Below are positions 53,338 through 63,100 of a stretch of 64,000 bases of DNA, piece by piece. Every line of letters begins with the position of its first letter. Positions within the stretch are counted from its first letter, which is position 1. A program made the position numbers and the translations under genes. The notes below the pieces were generated by a model that searched no databases, was not told the origin of the DNA, and saw nothing but the letters and a program-made list of their open reading frames with translations. Where the stretch lies: positions 39,841 through 103,840 of the forward strand of contig JAMCSD010000006.1 in assembly GCA_023380755.1 (NCBI GenBank), given 5' to 3'. Source of the stretch: Patescibacteria group bacterium. Its GTDB lineage: Bacteria > Patescibacteriota > Microgenomatia > UBA12405.

Positions 53338-54756
53338 CATTTTTTCCCAACTTTCCCGAAAGCTTCGGTCCGAGGCCAATGGCCCCCGGGCCACCGCCAC
53401 CACCGGCAGTCCTAATTTCTCCTCCACGTAACCCAAAAAGACCTCTTCCAGCGTTTTCCCCTTTTCTGGTATTAGTACTTTTAGTATCGGCTCACATTGC
53501 TTTAGTAATTGGGTTAATTCTAACTGGTGCTGATATCTAGCCTTTTCGTCTTTGCTCGGATTAAATTTAATTCCTATAATAAGGCCATTTTGTATTTCAA
53601 AATAATCTTCCAGATTCTTCTGGTTTCCCTTATATTGATAAGATTCGCATACCGGCCATTCGCTTTTATCAGCTAACTTGTCTAAGTAGCTAATCATTAA
53701 ACCATTGACCGGTTGCTGCCGCCCGCTTACTTTGAGGGAATAATTTAACGCCACACTGTCATAAAATCCGTTCTGAAACTCCCCATACCAATCACTACTG
53801 GCACTATTGTGCGTCTCCCCAATTGACCGGGTTAATTCCGGTGAGTAACTGACAAAAGGTGCCTTCCCTCCGTGCCGGGTTAGGTAGCAGCGGCTCACGC
53901 CGAGGTGCACTCTTTCCCCTTGGTAAAGATGGCGATCCAGCAGTGTAGCTACCGGCCCGGGGGTCGGGTCAACCTGAGTTCCGTACGGAGCATAGCCCCA
54001 GCGGGCATCTAATAATGTCCCGTGTGAGGACTCACAAACCATCACCCCCCGCCGTTGTAATAATTCACTCAAATAACGCTCATCAGTTATTTCCACCAAA
54101 TCAGCCAAATACTTAAACGATTGTACTACTAGTGGTCCGATTTCCTTGTCGCCTAATACCGCCAATTCTGCTTCGGCTTCTGTTGTCACTTGGCCTTTAC
54201 CTATTTGGCTTACAATTTCTTGCGCCTGTTCGAGTTTCCGTAAGCGGATGGCTTCTACTTTAGCCAGCAACGCCCTTTCTTCCTCCCGAAATTCCCGTAC
54301 CCGAATACTAATCGTGGGGTCATCGGCATCCCGCAGGGCATCTCCGACCCCTTTTCCCACTGTCCCTTTCTTATCGTCACCCCGCATAATTTCCCGAAAC
54401 CGGCTAATTGCCCCATGATAAGGCGTCGTCACTAAACATGATTCATCAAGGGTAATCAGCGAGAGAGGATTCGCCACTCCTTTACCTTCGATCTGCATTG
54501 CTTCCTCAAACAAATCGGCCGGGCTTATCACCATTTGGTTGAGATACGTCGGCACGCGGTTAAAAGTCCCGCTGCTAAAATGGCTAAACATTTGCTCCCG
54601 ACCATCCCCGGTGACAATAAAATGCCCCGCCTGCCAACCGCCTTTCCGCCAAATCGTATGGGCGTTTAGCTGGTTAGCCAACCACTCCACACAGGCGCCT
54701 TTTGTTTCTTCGCCGGTGGCCAATCCGGTCACAAAAACAAATTCTTTTTTATTCAT
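53317..54756 (-). CDS. divergent adenylosuccinate synthetase (PurA)-like protein
   Basis: It aligns by eye to remembered E. coli PurA. TGEETKGA corresponds to GDEGKGK, KGGWQAGHF to QGGHNAGHT, GTVGKGVGDA to GTTGRGIGPA, and ESSHGTLLDARWGYAPY to EGAQGTLLDIDHGTYPY. The Arg-rich GATTGRRRR segment has no counterpart. The start is taken at MNKKEF (54756); the track starts at 54801. Confidence 0.55.
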   Translation of the reverse strand: MNKKEFVFVTGLATGEETKGACVEWLANQLNAHTIWRKGGWQAGHFIVTGDGREQMFSHFSSGTFNRVPTYLNQMVISPADLFEEAMQIEGKGVANPLSLITLDESCLVTTPYHGAISRFREIMRGDDKKGTVGKGVGDALRDADDPTISIRVREFREEERALLAKVEAIRLRKLEQAQEIVSQIGKGQVTTEAEAELAVLGDKEIGPLVVQSFKYLADLVEITDERYLSELLQRRGVMVCESSHGTLLDARWGYAPYGTQVDPTPGPVATLLDRHLYQGERVHLGVSRCYLTRHGGKAPFVSYSPELTRSIGETHNSASSDWYGEFQNGFYDSVALNYSLKVSGRQQPVNGLMISYLDKLADKSEWPVCESYQYKGNQKNLEDYFEIQNGLIIGIKFNPSKDEKARYQHQLELTQLLKQCEPILKVLIPEKGKTLEEVFLGYVEEKLGLPVVAVARGPLASDRSFRESWEKMLCRDIR

Positions 54757-54925
54757 AATTCCTTTCGTCCTTAAACTACCCGCCAATTGCGGGGGACTCA
54801 TCAGACTCGATTATATCGAGTGAGGAATCGCAGCCCGGCGAAGACTTTAGAAGGGAAACCTTCTTGAATCTTCGCCGGTGTTAAGCTGCCGCTTAAACTA
54901 CTGCTTTTGCAAGAGAGTAGTTATT

Positions 54926-56092
54926 CTAAAACTTACCCCAGTCCATGCCGCCTTTCTTGGTCTTTGGCGTTACCGCCTTACCGGGTGTCAACCGCGCTGT
55001 GGTCGGTTTATCCGGTACGGGGTTTTCCGCTGACCTTGGGTGGCCAATAGGCCATGGGTTACGCAGATCTGAAAACACATCACCTGGCTTGGGGATCGAC
55101 TTATAGCCGGGCAGTTTTACCTGGGCCCCAAAGTGCTCTCGCGCCTCCTGCAGCCATCCCCAAACTTGACTCACCCCAGCCTTGGTGATCCGCTTGTTCG
55201 CTCCTTCGACCGTCAGGAATTCGACCAGACCTTCCAGAGTTGGTTGTAACGTTTCCGTGACGTAAATCAAGCCGGCCTGCACCTCTGCCAGGTACTCTGG
55301 ATCGGTGACCTTCACCACTCGGCCGGTTCCTAGCACCTCGGTCCACCATTTTGTGGTGTGGGAGTGGAGCTCTCCGCCGTAAGCGACTTGCACATAAAAG
55401 ATGTGCCACTGAGTTAGGAGCTGGGCACATATCGCCTTCGTCGTCATTCGCTTTTGCCACTCCTGCCCCAGGTGCTCCTGGACATCTGCCTGGGTCACTT
55501 CACCGCGGCCAATTTCATCAGCTACGATCGACACGTATCCCTTTAGGCCGTAAAACGGGAAAATATCAGTATCCACACCCACCATCAGGTAAGCTAAGCC
55601 TAAGTCGTAGTCTTCTGTAGCATCACCGCCGCCGTGGTCAGGAACCAACAATCGGATCTGTTCGGCAATCCGTACATCAGACTCGAATTGGGTCATTTGG
55701 ACCACCGGGTGCGGGTCGCAAACGTCCTGCCAGACAGCACTTGCTACTTGGGTGTTGTACCGCCGCCGCAGCACATCAAACATCTTATCCATCGCCGGAA
55801 TTGCTTCAAAAGCCTTGCCCACCAGGGAGCCCATCGAACCGGTCCCATCGAAAGCGCCGACAATTGGCAGGGCAATTCCATTCTTCAGCACAAATCGTTC
55901 ACCGTCGCGCTCCATACTGTTATGCGACACCCGGCGTTTCCCTTTGATGTCCGCGTTCGGATCTAGTTTTCCCGTCTCCCGGAAAATCCTTTCGCCTTTG
56001 TCATGGACGGATTCTCGTGCCTCTCGCATCCGGCGAACCGTCTCGTCGTATTTGGCGCTGTTAAAAGTTGATGTATCTCCCTTTCTGCCCAT
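54926..56092 (-). CDS. von Willebrand factor A (vWA) domain protein
   Basis: 388 aa; MIDAS-like VGAFDGTGSMGS (DxTGS variant of DxSxS) after an N-terminal extension of about 80 aa. Confidence 0.55.
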   Translation of the reverse strand: MGRKGDTSTFNSAKYDETVRRMREARESVHDKGERIFRETGKLDPNADIKGKRRVSHNSMERDGERFVLKNGIALPIVGAFDGTGSMGSLVGKAFEAIPAMDKMFDVLRRRYNTQVASAVWQDVCDPHPVVQMTQFESDVRIAEQIRLLVPDHGGGDATEDYDLGLAYLMVGVDTDIFPFYGLKGYVSIVADEIGRGEVTQADVQEHLGQEWQKRMTTKAICAQLLTQWHIFYVQVAYGGELHSHTTKWWTEVLGTGRVVKVTDPEYLAEVQAGLIYVTETLQPTLEGLVEFLTVEGANKRITKAGVSQVWGWLQEAREHFGAQVKLPGYKSIPKPGDVFSDLRNPWPIGHPRSAENPVPDKPTTARLTPGKAVTPKTKKGGMDWGKF

Positions 56093-56096
56093 GATT

Positions 56097-57056
56097 TCAC
56101 CTCACAAATGGATAGCTGACGAACACATGGAATGGCCGTTTCGTCTGCCGTTTGCCGTTGAAGACAAACGACTCTTTTGGCCAGATCCGGTTAGCCATTT
56201 CATAAATGGCTTCAAACTCATCACTGGCCCCGGTTGTCTTTCCTGTCATAATCCTGGCCAGAAAATTGACGTACTCCTCATAACCACTCCGTGGCATTAC
56301 CCCGGCATCAAAAGGTGGCTTTTTTACATTAGTTCCTCCCGCCGCATACCAGGCTAAGCCGGCTGCTCGCTTGACCTCCTCACGCTTCTCTTCGTCACCC
56401 GGCTCTTCCATCGCCGCCGAAAAATCCAGTAAAAATACCCCATGGACTTCGGTTTCCAGCAACAAGTTGCCCGGCTCGATATTCCCTTGGGAATAACCCA
56501 CAGCGTGGACAAAATCCAACACCTTTAAGAGTTTGCCCAAAATCCACTGGACGGTCGCCAAATCGACTCGCTTGCCCTCGGTCACAATCGGTAGTGGCAC
56601 CAACTGCTTATAAGTCCGAATGCTCGGATGGTACCCTAAAAACATGGCTACTTGCTTGTCGTTGGGTTCGACTACCTCGACTACCCTGGGGAAAAAAGCT
56701 CCGTAATGCGGTGGTATTTGGTCATCGGCGACAGCATCCTCATCGGTCTGCTCGGCAATCTGCTGTAATTTTTCCAGTATCGCCACTTCGCGCCTGATCA
56801 CCTCCTGAAACCCAGGGGTATTAATTTTCATCAATCCCACCTGGTCATCCGGCATCTTGGTGACATAGAACCGGAAGGTTTCCGTTTCTACTAATGGACC
56901 CGGCGCTCCGGTGGCCCGGTCGAGGACCCCAAAAACCTCATAAGTGCCTTTCTTTCCTTCAAAACTGGACATGCTAATTAGGATAGGGTCATCCTCCTCA
57001 TCTCCCGCTACCAAGGCCCCGCCAGTCAGTGGAACCACGCTTAAACACTTTTCCAT
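56097..57056 (-). CDS. protein-kinase-fold protein with a degenerate catalytic loop (possible pseudokinase)
   Basis: Order of elements: glycine-rich EGKKGTYEV, GLMKI (Lys), REVAILEKL (Glu), GYSQGNIEPGNLLL in place of H-R-D-x-K-x-x-N, and LLDFS (DFG-like). Confidence 0.5.
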   Translation of the reverse strand: MEKCLSVVPLTGGALVAGDEEDDPILISMSSFEGKKGTYEVFGVLDRATGAPGPLVETETFRFYVTKMPDDQVGLMKINTPGFQEVIRREVAILEKLQQIAEQTDEDAVADDQIPPHYGAFFPRVVEVVEPNDKQVAMFLGYHPSIRTYKQLVPLPIVTEGKRVDLATVQWILGKLLKVLDFVHAVGYSQGNIEPGNLLLETEVHGVFLLDFSAAMEEPGDEEKREEVKRAAGLAWYAAGGTNVKKPPFDAGVMPRSGYEEYVNFLARIMTGKTTGASDEFEAIYEMANRIWPKESFVFNGKRQTKRPFHVFVSYPFVR

Positions 57057-57201
57057 TGCTTTTCGCTCCTTAATAAATACTCTCTGCGTATTTCACTACT
57101 CTTCTTTTTTAAAGAACGCCCTATCTTACTATTAGATAAGCAAAATTGCAAAAGCTTTCGGCCAAACTTGCATTTTTTTTCGCTCCTTTGTATTATCGGC
57201 C

Positions 57202-58173
57202 ATGGCTGAAATTGAGTTTTGGTCACCGCTTCAACAAAAATCTTTGTCATTGCCGGCAGGCGAACAACAGAAATACCTCCGCTTACTGGATACGGCCCGC
57301 ACTTCTACTTCGGTGGCTGATCAGTCTGGTCATCATGTCCGTGTTGCCCTCCTGACTGGCGCTGGCCAGACCTTCACCGGCGGTAATTATGAATATGCTC
57401 TTAGCGATTCCTTTGTTCATGCCGAGTCCTCCGCCTTAAATAATGTCTTAACTCAGTTTGGTCGGGTTCAGCTCGAAGCCTTGGCTTATGATGTGCCGCC
57501 TCCTATTACTCCAACCACTTTTTGTATCCCTTGTGGCCGCTGTCTTGATATTCTCTCTGCTTACGCTTCTCCAGATTTAGCCATTGTCGTTGGTGATTCC
57601 CGTCGTGTTTCTCTTACCTATTTAAAAGATTATTTATTTGCTGATTTTGCTAATGTTCCTCTTGACCGAGTTTCCCCGCGGGGCCAAGATGAGGCTGTCC
57701 TAGCCCTGAAAAGGGGAATCGATGCTTACTTGCCCGAAACCCATAAAGATCAAGTTTATGGCGTCGCCCTGGTCGGCAAAGACCAAATTTGGCGCGGCAG
57801 TCTTTACACCAACGCCTCTTATGATGCCGTGACCCCCATCTTATCGGCCATCCAAACCTGGCGTAATACTCTACCTCTTGAGCCTTATGATTACTCCCAT
57901 TTTCACCTCACCAAAGCCGTTGTGGCCAGTTTCCAACGCCCTCATATCTTTTACCGGGACCGCCAGGCTCTGACCGATCTTGATGAACTTATAAGGCTGA
58001 AATTTCCCTCACTCGGCCCCCTCCCTGTAGACATGTTACAAGTCGACTCCAAAACCCTTCGCCCCCTGCAGGCTTGGCGGACTAATGCCGCCGAGTGGCT
58101 GCCTTTTCCTTATACTCCCTCATCTTTCGGGATGCACGATACTTTGCATCAACTTCTGACGCAGCTAACTTAA
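57202..58173 (+). CDS. cytidine/deoxycytidylate deaminase-fold protein, two-domain (E. coli Cdd-like length)
   Basis: Zinc/catalytic motifs VHAESSAL (H-A-E) and CIPCGRCLDIL (PCxxC); 323 aa suggests a second, non-catalytic repeat. Confidence 0.6.
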   Translation: MAEIEFWSPLQQKSLSLPAGEQQKYLRLLDTARTSTSVADQSGHHVRVALLTGAGQTFTGGNYEYALSDSFVHAESSALNNVLTQFGRVQLEALAYDVPPPITPTTFCIPCGRCLDILSAYASPDLAIVVGDSRRVSLTYLKDYLFADFANVPLDRVSPRGQDEAVLALKRGIDAYLPETHKDQVYGVALVGKDQIWRGSLYTNASYDAVTPILSAIQTWRNTLPLEPYDYSHFHLTKAVVASFQRPHIFYRDRQALTDLDELIRLKFPSLGPLPVDMLQVDSKTLRPLQAWRTNAAEWLPFPYTPSSFGMHDTLHQLLTQLT

Positions 58174-58191
58174 AATAGATTATTAAATCCT

Positions 58192-58410
58192 ATGAAAGTC
58201 TCGGTCATCACTCATCCTCATGCCAAACAGCCCAGAATCGAAACCGATTTATTAGGCCAGCTTCATGTTTATGTTCTGGAGCCACCACTCGAGGGTCGGG
58301 CCAATGAAGCGGTAATTGAGGCCTTAGCGGCTCATTTTCATACCAAAAAAAATCGCATTTTTCTTTTATCCGGAGCCTCTGCTAAGCGCAAGATTTTTGA
58401 AATTACTTAA
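58192..58410 (+). CDS. DUF167 (YggU-like) protein
   Basis: 72 aa; the pattern V...P.AK...I......L.V.V..PP.EGRAN.A.I..LA is typical of YggU. Confidence 0.65.
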   Translation: MKVSVITHPHAKQPRIETDLLGQLHVYVLEPPLEGRANEAVIEALAAHFHTKKNRIFLLSGASAKRKIFEIT

Positions 58411-58429
58411 TTTCCCCTAAAATTAAGTC

Positions 58430-58804
58430 ATGATTCTTATTAAACGCATCTACGATCCTTATAGTCCCGATGATGGCTATCGCGTCTTGGTCGATCGTCT
58501 TTGGCCCCGGGGGATTGCCAAAGCCACCTCTCATCTCGACTTATGGCTCAAAGATATTGCTCCCAGCACTACTTTGCGCCACTGGTTTAACCATGACCCC
58601 GCCAAATGGCCTGGTTTCCAAAAGAAATATCAACAGGAATTAGCCCGTAAACCTGGTTTGGTCGCCCAACTAAAATCATTTGAAGCCCAGCACCATCGCT
58701 TGACCCTGCTTTATGCTGCCAAAGATACCGATCGCAATGAAGCTGTGGTTCTCCAACAATGGCTTCAAAAAAAATCTACTGTTGCTCCTGTGAAAAAAAG
58801 CTAG
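58430..58804 (+). CDS. DUF488 (YeaO-like) protein
   Basis: IKRIYDP...DGYRVLVDRLWPRGI...W.K.IAPS..LR.WF.HDP.KW..F ... LLYAAKD matches my recollection of DUF488. Confidence 0.7.
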   Translation: MILIKRIYDPYSPDDGYRVLVDRLWPRGIAKATSHLDLWLKDIAPSTTLRHWFNHDPAKWPGFQKKYQQELARKPGLVAQLKSFEAQHHRLTLLYAAKDTDRNEAVVLQQWLQKKSTVAPVKKS

Positions 58805-58890
58805 GGATCCTGTGAAAATGTCTCTGGGGAATTCTGATCTAGCTTTAATTTTTGTTTGACTCGTGAGATTGCTGCTTTGTATGATTATCC

Positions 58891-60093
58891 ATGAAACACT
58901 TAACCTTTTTCCTTCTTGGCTTCTTTGTCTTTGTTCTCGGTTTTTGTTTAGTTAAATTGACTCCCTCTGTCCAGGCTCAGTCCCATGGCAAAAGACACGC
59001 GGCTGTTTGCGGTTCTTCGGCTCGAGATTCGGCCCGCTGCCATGCCCGGGTTATTGTTGACGATAAAGGCAATCCCCAAACCTCCAGAAGCCCTAGTGGC
59101 TATGGGCCGACCCAATTTACCAAGGCATACAACCTCTCTGGTACTGTTTCCGCCGCCCAAACCATTGCCATTGTTGATGCTTACGATCACCCCAATATTC
59201 TTTCCGACTTAAACACTTATAGCCGCCAATATGGCTTGCCTCCAATGGCCAGTTGCCCGGTTTCTGGCGGTACGGCCGCGAATCCTTGTTTTCAAAAAGT
59301 TAACCAGAATGGTGGCACCAATTACCCTTCTGCCAACTCGAGTTGGGCTCTTGAAATTTCTCTGGATGTCGAAGCCGCCCACGCCGTCTGTCATAACTGC
59401 AATCTTTTATTAGTTGAAGCCAATTCTGCCAGTTATACCGACTTAATGACGGCCGTTGATCGCGCTCGTTTAATGGGGGCCACTGTTATCTCTAATTCTT
59501 ATGGTTCCAGTGAATTCTCCGGTGAAACAACTTTTGATACCCACTTTAATCATCCGGGGATCGCCTTTATTTTTAGTTCTGGTGACAATGGTTATGGCCC
59601 ACAGTACCCGGCTGCTTCTCCTTATGTCACGGCTACCGGTGGGACTACCCTTTTAGTTAATTCCGATAATACTTATAACTCCGAAACTGCTTGGAGTGGT
59701 GCCGGCAGCGGTTGTAGCGTCTATGAACCGAAACCTTCCTGGCAAAAAGATACCCAGTGCAGTCTGCGAACCATCGCCGATGTCTCTGCCGATGCTGATC
59801 CCGGTACTGGTGCTGCTGTCTACGACAGCATCCGTTATCAGGGTCGTAAGGGTTGGTTCCAGGTCGGCGGCACTAGTTTATCGGCCCCGCTGATTGCAGC
59901 CACCTATGCCCTGGCTGGCAATGCTGCTTCTGCTACCAATGCCAACGCCTTGCCTTATCAAAACCCAAGTGCTCTCCATGATGTCGTTTCGGGCTCTAAT
60001 GGCACTTGCAATGGCAGTTATTTATGCACTGCTACCACCGGCTACGATGGCCCCACCGGTTTAGGCAGCCCCAATGGGACCCCAGCCTTTTAG
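58891..60093 (+). CDS. secreted S8/S53-clan serine peptidase (sedolisin-like)
   Basis: Signal peptide; IAIVDAYDHPN, EISLDVEAAH, SSGDNGY and GGTSLSAPLIAA (Ser nucleophile context). Confidence 0.7.
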   Translation: MKHLTFFLLGFFVFVLGFCLVKLTPSVQAQSHGKRHAAVCGSSARDSARCHARVIVDDKGNPQTSRSPSGYGPTQFTKAYNLSGTVSAAQTIAIVDAYDHPNILSDLNTYSRQYGLPPMASCPVSGGTAANPCFQKVNQNGGTNYPSANSSWALEISLDVEAAHAVCHNCNLLLVEANSASYTDLMTAVDRARLMGATVISNSYGSSEFSGETTFDTHFNHPGIAFIFSSGDNGYGPQYPAASPYVTATGGTTLLVNSDNTYNSETAWSGAGSGCSVYEPKPSWQKDTQCSLRTIADVSADADPGTGAAVYDSIRYQGRKGWFQVGGTSLSAPLIAATYALAGNAASATNANALPYQNPSALHDVVSGSNGTCNGSYLCTATTGYDGPTGLGSPNGTPAF

Positions 60094-60152
60094 TCTCTTG
60101 ACAATCTTTCTCTAAAATGCTCAACTGTATGCATACAGTTGAGCATTAAAAA

Positions 60153-63100
60153 GTGAAGTACTTAAAGTCCTGTCTAGCTGTTCTTTTAGTTGCTGTCAGT
60201 TTACTTCTGCCCGCGAAAGCTCAAGCTGTCGGTAATTTAACTGCCGTCTCCTCCACTCTTTCCTCCTCTAGTTTAGGTGCCTCCGGTGTTGATGCTACTT
60301 TCTCTCTCACCCTAGGGTCTTCACTCCCGGTTGGTGGTTACATTGAAGTTCAACTTCCCGGTAGCCTTTATTCCTATCAGGCCAATAGTGTCACCTTAAC
60401 TCTGGTGAGTACCAACCCTTCCGTCGGTTCCTTGGTTTTTGTTAGCAAAGGGACTAACCCGGACACTAATTCTTTCGTTAGCCAAAGCATTTACTTAAAA
60501 ACCTCCGGTGCAGTTGTCCCCGCCGGTACCGCCCTTATTTTTAAGATCGGCGGTTTAACCAATGGCAACACTGCCCAAACTGCCACTGCTAACCTCCAAA
60601 CCACTGCCACCTACCACGGCACCGTTCTTGACGGCGATAGCAGCAACAGTAGTGGTAATTATTACTTCCAACACTTAATGTCTGTTGGTACGGTCGCTTT
60701 CCAGGGTACCGTCACTAATCCTTCCAGCAACCCCGTTAATCAGGCCTGGGTTAATATTTTCCCTGCCAGCGTTTCCGGTGGGGGAGCTATGCCGCAGGGA
60801 AGTCTCACCGATTCTGCCGGGAAATACCTCATCGTCACCACCAATGTTAACGTTGGTACCTCTTATTCTCTTCAGGTCTTTGCTCCTTTTAATGGTGGCG
60901 GCAACTTGGTTACCCCCGATACCTATACCGCGCTTTATAACAATTCACCGATTACCAAAAATTTCCAATTTACTACCGCCACCAAAACCATTACCGGTAC
61001 CGTTTCTTACAATGGCACTGCCATTGGGGTTACTGGCGCTCAAGTTAGCGCCTTCAAAATGAATGGTTCCGGTTTTGCTCAAACTACCACTGATTCTTCC
61101 GGTCACTTCACTTTTACTGTCGGCGGTGGCGATTGGGGAGTTTCCCCCCAGGCCGGCAATAATTCTGATTGGTCCTACGGTCAGCCACCAGTTACCGTCA
61201 AATTTGCCACCGACAACAGTACCGAAAGCCAAACTGCTGATTTCACTGTTTATAAAGCTTCCGCCCACGTTACTGGTCGCTTGCTAAAACCCAATGGTTC
61301 CCCCGTTACGTCTCTGGACGGTCTGGGTATTGGTGTTTTTAGCCAGGAAGGTAAAGGCGGCGGCGGTCAAATCAATAATGATCTCGGCACTTTTTCCGTG
61401 GCCGTCCCCCCGGGAACTTATATGATTAATGTCTGGGCACCACCCATTAGTACTTACGGTACTCCGTCCGTTGATCCGGTGACTGTCGTTGATGGCCAAA
61501 CCAAAGATGTCGGAGATATTACCTTAATCAACAAAGACTCCACAATTACTGGTTCCGTTAAAAACAGTCAGGGTGTTGGTGTTTCTGGGGTGAATATTAA
61601 TGCCTTTGTCCGCGATGGCGGTGGCTTTTCCCAAGCTACGACTGACAACAGCGGTAACTTTACCTTAAGCGTTACTGCCGGCCATTGGACCGTCCAGCCA
61701 TTCCTTAATATGTCTTCCTCCTATGCCCTTGATACCCCTCCCCAGGATGTGACAGTTACCTCGTCAGCTTCCGCCACCGTTAACTTCACTGTTAAAAGCG
61801 CTTCGGTGACTATTAGTGGTGTTGTTCAGGATACTAACGGTAACCCACTCTCCATCTATGGTTATGCCTTTGCCGAAAACCCCAATGGGGGCATGATGGG
61901 CCCCGGCGGCTTAGGTGGCCCCATTGAACGTGGTTCCTTCTCCTTCAAAGTGCCGGCTGGCACCTACACCATTAATGCCGGTATCGCTCCTGGTTCTGGC
62001 TACACTCCCAGTTCCGGTACTACCGTTACCGTGAATGATGGCGATACCAAAAATGTGGTCGTCACTCTCGCTTCCAACGATTCCACCATTACCGGCTCTA
62101 TCGTTAACAGTCAGGGAACTGCTATTAGCGGTACTGGAATCCAGGTATTTGCGGTTTCTCACGGTGGTGGTCACGAAGCCTTCCAGCAAGGAATTGTTAG
62201 TGGCAGCACTTATACCATTAGTGTTGCTGCTGGTGATTGGTCCTTAGGCTTTTTCGTCGACCCCAGCTCCGGCTACATGTCTTCGCCTCCGGGTTCCGCT
62301 GATAAATTTACTATTACCAGTGGCGAAACTTTTACTAAAAATATTAGCCTCCTATCCGCTAACTCCACTATCACTGGTAAGATTACCAAGCCTGATGGCT
62401 CAGCGGCCGCTGGTGTTTTTGTCTCGGTTGATAATCGTGAAACTCAAAATAAAGACTACTTTAATGGCGCTCCCACCGATAGTAACGGCAATTATACTGT
62501 CAAAATTACTGCCGGTACTTACAAAGTCCGCGTTAATGTTGCTCCCGGTCAGGGTTATCTTTCTCCGGCGGAACAAAATATTACTGTTGCTGATAGCCAA
62601 ACTCAGACAGCCAACTTTTCTCTTCGGCAATCCGATGCCACTATTTCCGGTACTGTTACTCTTAACGGTTCCGGAACCCCCGCCTATGTCTATGCCTGGT
62701 CGGATGACGGCGGCTTTGCCCAATCTAACGCTATTTCCGATGGTACCTATAGTCTCTCTGTTTCCCAAGGTACTACCTGGCATGTTGGTGCCCGCTATGA
62801 AAATGGTACCAATCCCTATCAGTCGAATGAAACCATCATTTCCCTTAATTCAGCTACGGCGACGGCCGATTTAACTTTATCTGCCCCTTCTTATTCTCTG
62901 CCCCAAGCTTTGACCACTACCTTTGATGCTACCAAGCCTAAAATTATTAACCTAACTGATGGCGCTGAAATCAATATTCCGGCTAATGCCTTAGCCTCTT
63001 CCGGCAGCGTTACTCTGACCATTAGCCCCAAAGCCTCTTTGCCGGTCAAGAAAGGAGATAAACCGGTCTGGTATGGCTATCAATTTACGGCCACCGACAG

